Source: Vulcanimicrobiota bacterium
GTDB taxonomy: Bacteria; Vulcanimicrobiota; Vulcanimicrobiia; Vulcanimicrobiales; Vulcanimicrobiaceae
Direction: 5' to 3'
Assembly: GCA_003135555.1 (NCBI GenBank)
Contig: PLCF01000093.1
Coordinates: 1 to 12,039 of the forward strand
Length of the DNA stretch: 12,039 nucleotides
The notes under the pieces are model-generated. The model did not search any database. It was not told where the DNA came from and saw only the letters and a list, made by a program, of their open reading frames with translations. The position numbers and the translations under genes were made by a program. Below are positions 1 through 7,889 of the stretch, in pieces; the stretch's first letter is position 1; each line of letters begins with the position of its first letter.

Positions 1-2666
1 TCGATCGCGTCGTTGGTCAGCAGATTCGCCGCCGCTTCGTTGTAGACGAACGGCATGAACAGCGTCCCGCGCTGGGTTCCCCGGTCGGCGCGCGCGTACG
101 CCGTCACCGTTCCGCGCCGCGACTCCAGCGTGATGACGCCGCCCGGCTCGACGCCGAGCTTGGCGAGGTCGTCGGGGTGGACGCTGATCACCGGATCGGG
201 CTCGAGCTCGTCGAGCACGCTGGCGCGCCGCGTCATCGAGCCGGTATGCCAATGCTCGAGTTGCCGCCCGGTGGTGAAGATGTAGGGATACTCGGAATCG
301 GGCATCTCGTCGGCATGCGAGTAGGCCGCCGGCGCGAACAGGCCGCGGCCGCCGGCGCGCGGGAAGTCCTCGATGAAGATGACCGGTTCGCCCGGATCGC
401 CTTCGTGCTCGAGCGGATAGGTGCACGAGCCTTCAGCCTCGAGGCGCTCCCAGGTGATCCCCGCCATGCTGGGCGTCGCCGCGCGAATCTCTTCGAACAC
501 CTCGGCCGGACCGTTGTAGTTCCAGTCCAAGCCGATGCGCCGCGCGATCTCACCGATGATCCACAGATCCTGGCGCGCGTCGCCCGGCGGATCGAGTGCT
601 TGACGGCCGAGCTGCACGCGGCGGTCGGTGTTGGTGAACGTCCCGGTCTTCTCGGGAAACGCCGACGCCGGCAAAATCACGTCGGCATAACTCGCCGTCT
701 CCGTGAAGAAGATATCCTGAACGACGAGATGGTCGAGCTTGGTGAACGCTTCGCGCGCGTGCTCGACGTTCGGATCGGACATCGCGGGATTCTCGCCCAT
801 GATGTACATCCCGCGGATCTGGCCCGCGTATGCGGCGTTGGTGATCTCGGTGACGGTCAGCCCGGCCACCGGGTCGAGCTTGACGTTCCACAGCGCTTCG
901 AACTTGGCACGCGCCGTCGCCTTGTCGACGCGCTCGTAGTCCGGATACATCATCGGGATCAGCCCCATGTCCGAGGCGCCCTGCACGTTGTTCTGCCCGC
1001 GCAGCGGGTGCAGCCCCGTCCCGGGACGACCGATCTGGCCGGTGACCAGCGCGAGCGAGATCAGGCAGCGCGCGTTGTCGGTGCCGTGGATGTGCTGTGA
1101 GATGCCCATGCCCCAGAAGATGATCGCCGCTTTGGCGTTGGCATAGAGGCGCGCAACCTCGCGGATCGTCTGCGCATCGACTCCGGTGACCGGCGCGACC
1201 TTCTCGGGCGAGTACTCCGCGACGTTGGCTCGCAGCGCTTCGTAGTTCTCGGTGCGGTCGCGGATGAAGTCTTGGTTCGCCAGCCCTTCCTCGATGATGA
1301 CGTGCAGCAACCCGTTGAGCAGCGCGACGTCGGTGTCGCCGTTGAACTGCAGGAAGTAGGTCGCATGGCGCGCCAGGTCGCTGCGGCGCGGGTCCATCAG
1401 GATGATCTTGGTACCGTTCTTCGCGGCGTTCTTCATGAACGTCGCGGCGACGGGATGGTTGATGGTCGGGTTGGCACCGATGACGATTGCGACGTCGGCC
1501 AATGCGACGTCTGCGACTTGATTCGAGACCGCTCCCGACCCGACGTCCTCCAGCAATGCCGCAACCGACGAGGCATGGCACAACCGCGTGCAATGATCGA
1601 CGTTGTTGGTTCCGAAGCCGGTGCGCACGAGCTTCTGGAAGAGGTACGCTTCCTCGTTGCTGCCCTTGGCGGAGCCGAAGCCCGCGAGACCCTTGGGCCC
1701 GTGCGTCTCCCGGATCGCGCGCAGCTGCGCGCCGGCGAGGTCGAGCGCTTCCTCCCACGTCGCCTCGCGAAACGTCTCCCACATGTCGTCGGGATCGATT
1801 AGCGCCGGCGTCTTGGCGACGCCGTCCTTGCGGATCATCGGCTTGGTGAGACGCTTGGGATTGTGGACGTAGTCGAAGCCGAAGCGGCCCTTCACGCACA
1901 GCCGGCTGGCATTGGACGGCCCGTCGCGGCCATCGACGGACAAGATCTTTCCGCCCTTGATGTTGTACGTGAGCAGACAGCCTACGCCGCAATACGGGCA
2001 CGCCGAATCGACCGTCTTGTCGGGCTCGACCATGGCGACGCCGTTGGCCGGCGCCAGGGCGCCGGTCGGGCAGGCCTGCACGCACTCCCCGCAGGCGACG
2101 CACGAGCTGCTCTCCATCGGGTCGTCGAAATCGAAGACGATCTTGGCATGCTCGCCGCGCCAGGCGTATCCGATGACGTCGTTGACCTGTTCCTCGCGGC
2201 AGGCGCGCACGCAGCGACCGCATTGGATGCACGCGTCGAGGTTGACCGACATCGCCGGATGCGACAAATCGGGAACCGGCTGGTGGCGCTGCGGATAGCG
2301 CGGCTGCGTGACGCCGAGCTTGGCGGCCCAGACGTCGAGCTCGGAGGCTTTCTTGTACGGCGACGTCGTCTGCCCGGGCATGTCGGTGAGCAGCAACTCG
2401 GCGACCATTCGCTGCGACTTGACGGCGCGCTCGCTCGTGCTCGCCACTTTCATCCCTTCGGCGGGGCGGCGGCAGCACGACGGCGCCAGGACGCGCTCGC
2501 CCTCGATCTCGACCATGCAGACGCGGCAGTTGCCGTCGGGGCGGTAGCCGTCTTTGTAGCACAGGCGCGGAATGGCGATGCCGTGGCGGTCGGCAGCCTG
2601 CAGGATCGTCTCGTCGTCGTGCGCGGCCAGCGGCGTGCCGTCAAGCGTGAAGTTCAGCGTCGTCAT
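1..2666 (-). CDS. fdhF: NAD-dependent formate dehydrogenase alpha subunit (Mo/W-bis-MGD; Fdh1A/FdwA-like), 3' end truncated by the window edge
   Basis: Manual translation from ATG at 2666 (MTTLNFTLDG...) is open for 888 codons to the left edge; the ORF track omits it, probably because it has no stop in the window. Motifs: [2Fe-2S] IPRLC..GNCRVC..SC; two [4Fe-4S] CIQCGRCVRAC and CVACGECVQACP; proximal cluster CPYCGVGC...LCVKGRFG; active site DHCTRLCHAS (Cys codon 1578-1580); LRGQNNVQG (Arg codon 999-1001); C-terminal TTGRQLEHWHTGSMT and AANLLT. Confidence 0.96.
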   Translation of the reverse strand, partial: MTTLNFTLDGTPLAAHDDETILQAADRHGIAIPRLCYKDGYRPDGNCRVCMVEIEGERVLAPSCCRRPAEGMKVASTSERAVKSQRMVAELLLTDMPGQTTSPYKKASELDVWAAKLGVTQPRYPQRHQPVPDLSHPAMSVNLDACIQCGRCVRACREEQVNDVIGYAWRGEHAKIVFDFDDPMESSSCVACGECVQACPTGALAPANGVAMVEPDKTVDSACPYCGVGCLLTYNIKGGKILSVDGRDGPSNASRLCVKGRFGFDYVHNPKRLTKPMIRKDGVAKTPALIDPDDMWETFREATWEEALDLAGAQLRAIRETHGPKGLAGFGSAKGSNEEAYLFQKLVRTGFGTNNVDHCTRLCHASSVAALLEDVGSGAVSNQVADVALADVAIVIGANPTINHPVAATFMKNAAKNGTKIILMDPRRSDLARHATYFLQFNGDTDVALLNGLLHVIIEEGLANQDFIRDRTENYEALRANVAEYSPEKVAPVTGVDAQTIREVARLYANAKAAIIFWGMGISQHIHGTDNARCLISLALVTGQIGRPGTGLHPLRGQNNVQGASDMGLIPMMYPDYERVDKATARAKFEALWNVKLDPVAGLTVTEITNAAYAGQIRGMYIMGENPAMSDPNVEHAREAFTKLDHLVVQDIFFTETASYADVILPASAFPEKTGTFTNTDRRVQLGRQALDPPGDARQDLWIIGEIARRIGLDWNYNGPAEVFEEIRAATPSMAGITWERLEAEGSCTYPLEHEGDPGEPVIFIEDFPRAGGRGLFAPAAYSHADEMPDSEYPYIFTTGRQLEHWHTGSMTRRASVLDELEPDPVISVHPDDLAKLGVEPGGVITLESRRGTVTAYARADRGTQRGTLFMPFVYNEAAANLLTNDAI

Positions 2667-4399
2667 TGGACCTCGTGCGGGAAGTACTTGTAGACGCACA
2701 GATACGGGTTGGGCGCGGCTTGTCCGAGACCGCAAATCGACGCGTCCATCATGACCGTCGAGAGATCGTTGAGCAGCGGCTCGTCCCATTCGTCGCGTTC
2801 CATCAGCGCGACCGCTTTTGCGGTGCCGACGCGGCACGGCGTGCACTGCCCGCACGACTCTTCGCGGAAGAAGCGCAGCATGTTGAGCGCCGCACTCTTG
2901 GCGCTGTCTTTGTCGGAGAGCACGATGATCGCGGCCGAGCCGATGAAGCACCCGTATTGGTTGAGGGTGTCGAAGTCCAGCGGGATGTCGCCCATCGACG
3001 CGGGCAGGATGCCACCCGACGCGCCGCCCGGAAAATAGCCGTAGAACGTCTGGCCGGGAAGCATTCCGCCGGCATACTCGTCGATGAGCTCGCGGATCGT
3101 GATCCCGGCCGGCGCCAGGTGCACGCCGGGCTTGGCAACGCGTCCGCTCACCGAGAACGAGCGCAGACCCTTGCGCCCGTTGCGGCCCTGCGAGGAGAAC
3201 CACTCGGCGCCTTTTTCGACGATGTCACGCACCCACAGGAGGGTTTCCATGTTGTGCTCGAGCGTCGGCCGCCCGAAGACGCCGACCTGCGCGACGTAGG
3301 GCGGGCGCAGCCGCGGCATCCCTTTCTTGCCTTCGATCGACTCGATCATCGCCGACTCTTCGCCGCAGATGTACGCGCCCGCGCCGCGGCGCAAGTGGAT
3401 CGGCGGAAGGGCAACGGGCGCACGCGCCTGCAGCGCCGCGATCTCGTCGGTGAGGATGCGCCGCGCCGCCGCGTACTCGTCGCGCAGGTAGACGTAGATG
3501 CCATCGATCCCGACCGCCCACGCAGCGACGAGCATCCCTTCGAGAAAACGGTGCGGGTCGCGCTCGAGATAGTAGCGATCCTTGAACGTGCCGGGCTCGC
3601 CCTCGTCGATGTTCACCGCCATCAAACGCGGCGCGGGCTCGGAGCGCACGATCTTCCACTTCCGCCCGGCTGGGAAGCCGGCGCCGCCCAAGCCGCGCAG
3701 TCCGGCGCTCTCCATGGTGGCGATCACGTCGTCGGCGCTGCGCTCGCCCTTCACGCAAGCCTGCAGCAACCCGTAGCCCCCCGCGGCCGTGTACGCGTCC
3801 AACCCGATGTACTCGGGGACGCGCGCCGTCAGGGCCTGGCTCTCGAGCGCGGCGTCGACGGCGGCGACCGTCGCATGGTCGATTGGATTCTGGTTGACCA
3901 CCGCGACCGGGGCCGTGTCGCAACGTCCGACGCAGGGCGCGGTGATGACCCGTACGCCGTCGCCGTACCCGCCCTGACGCAACAGCGCGAGCAGGCTCCG
4001 GGCACCCGCCATCTCGCACGGCAAGCCGTCGCACACGCGGACCGTCACGGCGGGCGGCGCGGCCTCGTCCTCTTTCACCACGTCGAAATGGTGGTAGAAC
4101 GTCGCGACCTCGAAGACCTCAGCGGGGGCTAACCGCATCTCCTCGGCGAGCGCGTTGAGATGCGCCGCCGAGATCGCGCGGTGGTGGTCCTGGATCTTGT
4201 GGAGGTGCTCGATGAGCAGGTCGCGGCGGCGCGGCTCGTCGCCCAGCAGCGCCCGGACATCTTCGAGTGCGACCGGATCGACGGGGCGGCCTCGGCCTTC
4301 GCGGCGGCGCTTCTTGCGCCGTCCTTCCGCACCGGCGGTCGGCGTCGTCCGTGCCGCCTGTCCGACGGGCACCCCGCCGGTGATGTCGATCGTCTCCAA
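2663..4399 (-). CDS. Formate dehydrogenase beta (diaphorase) subunit, NuoE-NuoF fusion (Fdh1B/FdwB-like), 578 aa
   Basis: N-terminal NuoE-like [2Fe-2S] module (VATFYHHF, VCDGLPC, CVGRC). NuoF FMN/NADH motifs GLRGLGGAGFP, NIDEGEPGTFKDR and GAGAYICGEE; [4Fe-4S] ESCGQCTPCR...SICGLG. TTG start with GGGGAG Shine-Dalgarno just upstream. The stop overlaps the alpha ATG (ATGA, 2663-2666). Confidence 0.95.
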   Translation of the reverse strand: METIDITGGVPVGQAARTTPTAGAEGRRKKRRREGRGRPVDPVALEDVRALLGDEPRRRDLLIEHLHKIQDHHRAISAAHLNALAEEMRLAPAEVFEVATFYHHFDVVKEDEAAPPAVTVRVCDGLPCEMAGARSLLALLRQGGYGDGVRVITAPCVGRCDTAPVAVVNQNPIDHATVAAVDAALESQALTARVPEYIGLDAYTAAGGYGLLQACVKGERSADDVIATMESAGLRGLGGAGFPAGRKWKIVRSEPAPRLMAVNIDEGEPGTFKDRYYLERDPHRFLEGMLVAAWAVGIDGIYVYLRDEYAAARRILTDEIAALQARAPVALPPIHLRRGAGAYICGEESAMIESIEGKKGMPRLRPPYVAQVGVFGRPTLEHNMETLLWVRDIVEKGAEWFSSQGRNGRKGLRSFSVSGRVAKPGVHLAPAGITIRELIDEYAGGMLPGQTFYGYFPGGASGGILPASMGDIPLDFDTLNQYGCFIGSAAIIVLSDKDSAKSAALNMLRFFREESCGQCTPCRVGTAKAVALMERDEWDEPLLNDLSTVMMDASICGLGQAAPNPYLCVYKYFPHEVQ

Positions 4400-4424
4400 C
4401 CGGTCTCCCCTGAAGCTCTGGCGC

Positions 4425-4443
4425 CTGGTATTTTGTACACCAG
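4425..4443. promoter_or_regulatory. AT-rich inverted repeat upstream of the fdh operon; candidate operator or -10 region
   Basis: CTGGT-ATTTTGTAC-ACCAG lies 26-44 bp upstream of the beta TTG. The minus strand reads TGTACAAAAT, which is -10-like. It is the only AT-rich patch in the 66-bp gap. Confidence 0.35.
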
Positions 4444-4465
4444 CAGGTTCGGGCCTTGCGCCGGA

Positions 4466-4717
4466 TCAGTCGCCCGGCGGCTCTCCGGGCGGTGCAAGCC
4501 CGTCGAAGCTGCCGCCCCGTTCAACGGCTTCGCGCTTGGTTAGCGGTCGCCGTTCGTCCTCCGGCGTCTCGTCCGGTTCGTGAAACGCGGTGAGCGGCCG
4601 TTCGACGGCCGGGCGCCCGACGACGTTCGCACTCTCGGGGCCGCTCTCCGGCGGGGTCGTCCCGGTGCCGCGGTCGCTGTCGACGACCGGGTCGGGGTCG
4701 GTTGGCTGGTGCGTCAT
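4466..4717 (-). CDS. Small acidic, Pro/Gly-rich hypothetical protein (83 aa), probably disordered
   Basis: Part of ORF 4466-4774. I prefer the ATG at 4717 (MTHQPTDPD...) because it follows GGGAAAGGGG (SD-like). It fills the gap on the same strand as fdh. No family recognised. Confidence 0.6.
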   Translation of the reverse strand: MTHQPTDPDPVVDSDRGTGTTPPESGPESANVVGRPAVERPLTAFHEPDETPEDERRPLTKREAVERGGSFDGLAPPGEPPGD

Positions 4718-4786
4718 GAAGGCCCCTTTCCCGAACGGGTACAGCCTGTCCGTGACGCGAGCCACGCTCGACACCTTTCTTCCGTC

Positions 4787-5155
4787 ATGATCGTCGCGCT
4801 TGTGGTATCGGCGCTAGTCGGGGTGTGGACGTGCACGTCGCCCGATCAGCCGCACACGGTGTGGGTGTACACGTTCGCGCGCAACGGCACGGGGAGCTTC
4901 ACGCAGGTCAAGCCGCCTCCCGGGCAGCTCTACAGGGCCGAACACTTCACGTATCGCGACACCGATCGCGGCGTCTTCATGCAGAGCCCCGGCCACGCGC
5001 TGGTAAACGAGAACATCAGCGTTCACGGCGACGTGCTCGAAGATCGTGGCTATTATTATTACAATCCGCCCGAATGGCTCGTGCCTCCCAGCTGGAACCG
5101 CTACACGTGCCGCCGCACGACCAAGGCGCGGCCTACGCCGATTCGGCCGAGCTGA
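4787..5155 (+). CDS. Hypothetical exported or membrane-anchored beta-rich protein (122 aa)
   Basis: ATG at 4787 within ORF 4580-5155. Hydrophobic N-terminus MIVALVVSALVGVW, alternating aromatic beta-strand pattern, two Cys (near each end), natural amino-acid composition. Convergent 23-bp overlap with the kinase 3' end. Confidence 0.7.
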   Translation: MIVALVVSALVGVWTCTSPDQPHTVWVYTFARNGTGSFTQVKPPPGQLYRAEHFTYRDTDRGVFMQSPGHALVNENISVHGDVLEDRGYYYYNPPEWLVPPSWNRYTCRRTTKARPTPIRPS

Positions 5156-7889
5156 TCGGCGCGCTCGACGGGGCGGCGTTGGCGTTTTCGAGCGCTTCGT
5201 CGACGGCGCCGTAGAGGTCTTTCATCAAGAACGGTTTGGTCAGCACCGCGTTCCAGCCGTCGATGACCGCGGGCATGCGCAGCGCCATCCGCACCAGCGG
5301 CGTGCCGTTGGCGCGCTCGAGGAAGCGCTCCGTCGGCATGTCGAGGCGATCGGCGTCGACCAGCGCCACGTCGAACTGCGTCTCGCCCAGCGCACGCAAC
5401 AGCTCCTCTCCGGTCGTCGCGACGGTGACGGCGTACCCGTCGTCGCGCAACGCGTGCGCCACGTATGACCGGGCGTCGCCGTCGACGTCGAGCAGCGCGA
5501 CGCTGCGCGACGCGATCGTGCGCTGCACCGCGCGCGACGGCACGAACACCCGGAACGTGGAGCCCTGTCCTTCGACCGACTTGACGTCGATCGTCCCGCC
5601 GTGCAGCTCGACGATCGACTTGGTGAGGTAGAGCCCGAAGCCGGTTCCGCCGATCCCCAGCGCGCGCGCGTTGCTGGCGCGGGCGAAGCGGCCGAACAAC
5701 TTTCCGCGCTCGCCTGCGGGGATGCCGATTCCGCGGTCGCGCACCGTGAACTCCACGCCGCCTTGCCGAGCGCGTAACGCGACCTCGACCGGCTCCCCGC
5801 CGGGCGAATATTTGATCGCGTTGCCGATCACGTTCTCGACGACCTGACGCAGCCGCGCCTCGTCGCCGTGCACGACCAAGCGCGCACCCGCGACGCGCAG
5901 ATCGATCGGGCGCGTGACGCTGAAGACCCGCACCACGTCGCGTACCAACGCCGACAAGTCGACTTCGTCGAGCGCCAGCGCGAGCTCGTTCTGCTCGAGC
6001 CGCGAAAGGGCGAGCGTGTCGGTCGCCAGCGCCGCGAGCCGCATCGCGCTCGACGAGATCATCCCGAGATACTGCCGCGACTCCGCATCGAAGCGCTCGT
6101 CGTCGGCGAGGACGTCGGCAAAGCCCACGATCGTGGTGAGCGGCCCCTTGAAATCGTGCGCCAGCATCGCGATGAGGTCGTTCTTGACCTGATTGAGTTC
6201 GACGACGGCGGCCCGCCGCGAGGCCAGCTCCTGGTATAGCTCGACGTTGCGTGCGGCGACGGCGAAGTACTGCCCCAACAGTCCTACCGCGAACACGTCG
6301 GCAGTGCTGAACGCGGCCTCGCGCTGCACGTCGAGCACGTAGGCGGTACCGCCGCCCGAGCCGGGGACGCGCACCGCGGCGCGCTGCTCGGCCTCGTCGA
6401 GCACGCACACGTCGCTGCGTGAGGCCAATGCGACGAAGGCATCGCCACGCTGGGCGTCGTCGCGCAGCGAAAGATCGGTCGTCGCCGCGAAGCCGCTGGG
6501 CGAACGCGGCGCGAACAGCGTCGCGCGGCCGTCGACGAGCTCGTGCACGCCCGAGAGCAGCGCCTCGACCAGCACGCTGGGTTCGAGCGAGGCGAACAGC
6601 GTACGCGCGATCGAGGTGATCGCCGTGAGCCGCTCGTTCTGCATGGTCAGCTGCACGCCGCGCAGCACCTGCTCGGTGATGTCGCGCTGCACCACGACGT
6701 AGTGGGTCGTGCGACCCGATTCGTCGATGAGCGGCCGCGCCGACGATTCGGTGTGATAGTGCGAGCCGTCGGCGCGGTACGAGATGTACTCGACGCGCGC
6801 CGGGCGCCCGGCCATCACTTCCTCGCGCATCGCCACCAGCCGCGAGCGGTCGGTGCGCGGCCCGAAGAACTCGTCGACGCGGTGCCCGATCACGTCTTCG
6901 GGGCGCAGCGCACCCTTTTGGCGGATGAACGCCTCGTTGGCGTAGACGATCGTCGCCGGCTCCGCGGGGACCGCTCCGGGCTTGGCGAGGATGATCGGAT
7001 CTTGCGCCGCCTCGATCGCCGCCGACAGCAAGTTGATGCGCTGCTGCGCGCGCTCGCCCTCGGTGAGGTCGGTCGCCACGACCAGCGCGATCTCACCGCC
7101 GTGCGTCGTGACCAGTTCGATGCGCAACTCGATCGGATAGGTCGAGCCGTCCTTGCGCCGTGCCAGCGTGCGCAGGCTCAGGCGCCGGCCGGGTTGCGCG
7201 CGCAACTCCACGAGGCGCTCGTCGAGGCGGCCTTCCTTGGTCAGCGACGGGATGAGCGCGTCGAGCGGGAGCCGGCGCAATTCCTCTGCGGAATAGCCGA
7301 GATTCCGCCGCGCGGCGTCGCTGGCAAACAGTACCCGTTGTGCGGCAAGGTCGACGTGGTACAGCTCGCTCTGCGAGCTGTCGAAGAGGCGCAGCAGTGT
7401 ACGCCGGGCCTCGAACTGCTCGACGAGCGCAGCGCCCAGCCCGGCCAGCGATTCCCGCTGCTGGGGCGTCAACCCGCGCGGACGGCGGTCCATCACGCAC
7501 AACGTGCCGACCGCATGCCCGTCGCCCGAATGCAGCGGGAAGCCGGCGTAGAACCGGACGTGCGCCTCGCCCGTAACCAACGGATATGCGGCGAAGCGCG
7601 CGTCCTCAGGGGCGTCGCGGACCTCGAGAATCTCCTCGCCCAGGATGGCTTGCGAGCAGAACGCGAAGGCGCGCGGCGTCTCGCGCACTTCCAGGCCGAG
7701 CGCCGACTTGAACCACACCCGATCGCCGTCGACCAGGCTGATCAGCGCGATCGGCGTCTCGCACAGTTGTGCGGCGAGGCGAGTGAACGCATCGAAGAGA
7801 TCCTCGCTCGGCGTGTCGAGGAGCTCGCACTCGTAGAGGGCGGCGAGCCGCCGCTCCTCAGACGGAGAGGTCGGCGCGGGCGTTGACAT
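5133..7889 (-). CDS. Cytoplasmic hybrid sensor histidine kinase: GAF-PAS-PAS-(GAF-like)-HisKA-HATPase_c-REC, about 918 aa
   Basis: GAF (EERRLAALYECELLDT...PIALISLVD...VRFYAGFPL...GTLCVMD); PAS (RRKDGSTYPIEL); PAS (IVYANEAF...QRDITE); H-box AHDFKGPL (His codon 6156-6158); N-box NVIGNAIKYS; G1 DRGIGI; G2 GGTGFGL; REC with DVALVD and KPF. Start placed at ATG 7889 because the ORF extension to 8036 lies inside polX. Confidence 0.93.
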   Translation of the reverse strand: MSTPAPTSPSEERRLAALYECELLDTPSEDLFDAFTRLAAQLCETPIALISLVDGDRVWFKSALGLEVRETPRAFAFCSQAILGEEILEVRDAPEDARFAAYPLVTGEAHVRFYAGFPLHSGDGHAVGTLCVMDRRPRGLTPQQRESLAGLGAALVEQFEARRTLLRLFDSSQSELYHVDLAAQRVLFASDAARRNLGYSAEELRRLPLDALIPSLTKEGRLDERLVELRAQPGRRLSLRTLARRKDGSTYPIELRIELVTTHGGEIALVVATDLTEGERAQQRINLLSAAIEAAQDPIILAKPGAVPAEPATIVYANEAFIRQKGALRPEDVIGHRVDEFFGPRTDRSRLVAMREEVMAGRPARVEYISYRADGSHYHTESSARPLIDESGRTTHYVVVQRDITEQVLRGVQLTMQNERLTAITSIARTLFASLEPSVLVEALLSGVHELVDGRATLFAPRSPSGFAATTDLSLRDDAQRGDAFVALASRSDVCVLDEAEQRAAVRVPGSGGGTAYVLDVQREAAFSTADVFAVGLLGQYFAVAARNVELYQELASRRAAVVELNQVKNDLIAMLAHDFKGPLTTIVGFADVLADDERFDAESRQYLGMISSSAMRLAALATDTLALSRLEQNELALALDEVDLSALVRDVVRVFSVTRPIDLRVAGARLVVHGDEARLRQVVENVIGNAIKYSPGGEPVEVALRARQGGVEFTVRDRGIGIPAGERGKLFGRFARASNARALGIGGTGFGLYLTKSIVELHGGTIDVKSVEGQGSTFRVFVPSRAVQRTIASRSVALLDVDGDARSYVAHALRDDGYAVTVATTGEELLRALGETQFDVALVDADRLDMPTERFLERANGTPLVRMALRMPAVIDGWNAVLTKPFLMKDLYGAVDEALENANAAPSSAPISSAESA

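Noticed and set aside
1575..1580. Selenocysteine (in-frame TGA) or a frameshift as the reason FDH alpha is missing from the ORF track
   Set aside because: The active-site codon is TGC (Cys) and the frame is open throughout; the ORF simply runs off the window.
550..2562. 670-aa minus-strand ORF and other long overlapping ORFs (177-1100, 2666-4132, 5101-6408, 6543-7886, 7742-9016, 7987-9270, 9483-10790, 9839-10795)
   Set aside because: These are shadow or antisense frames of real high-GC genes, often Arg/Ala/Gly-rich, with no recognisable motifs.
4290..4325. GRRKKRRREGRGR in FDH beta as a Tat signal peptide
   Set aside because: No hydrophobic h-region follows, the subunit binds NAD and is cytoplasmic, and a basic stretch before GRxVDP is usual in this family.
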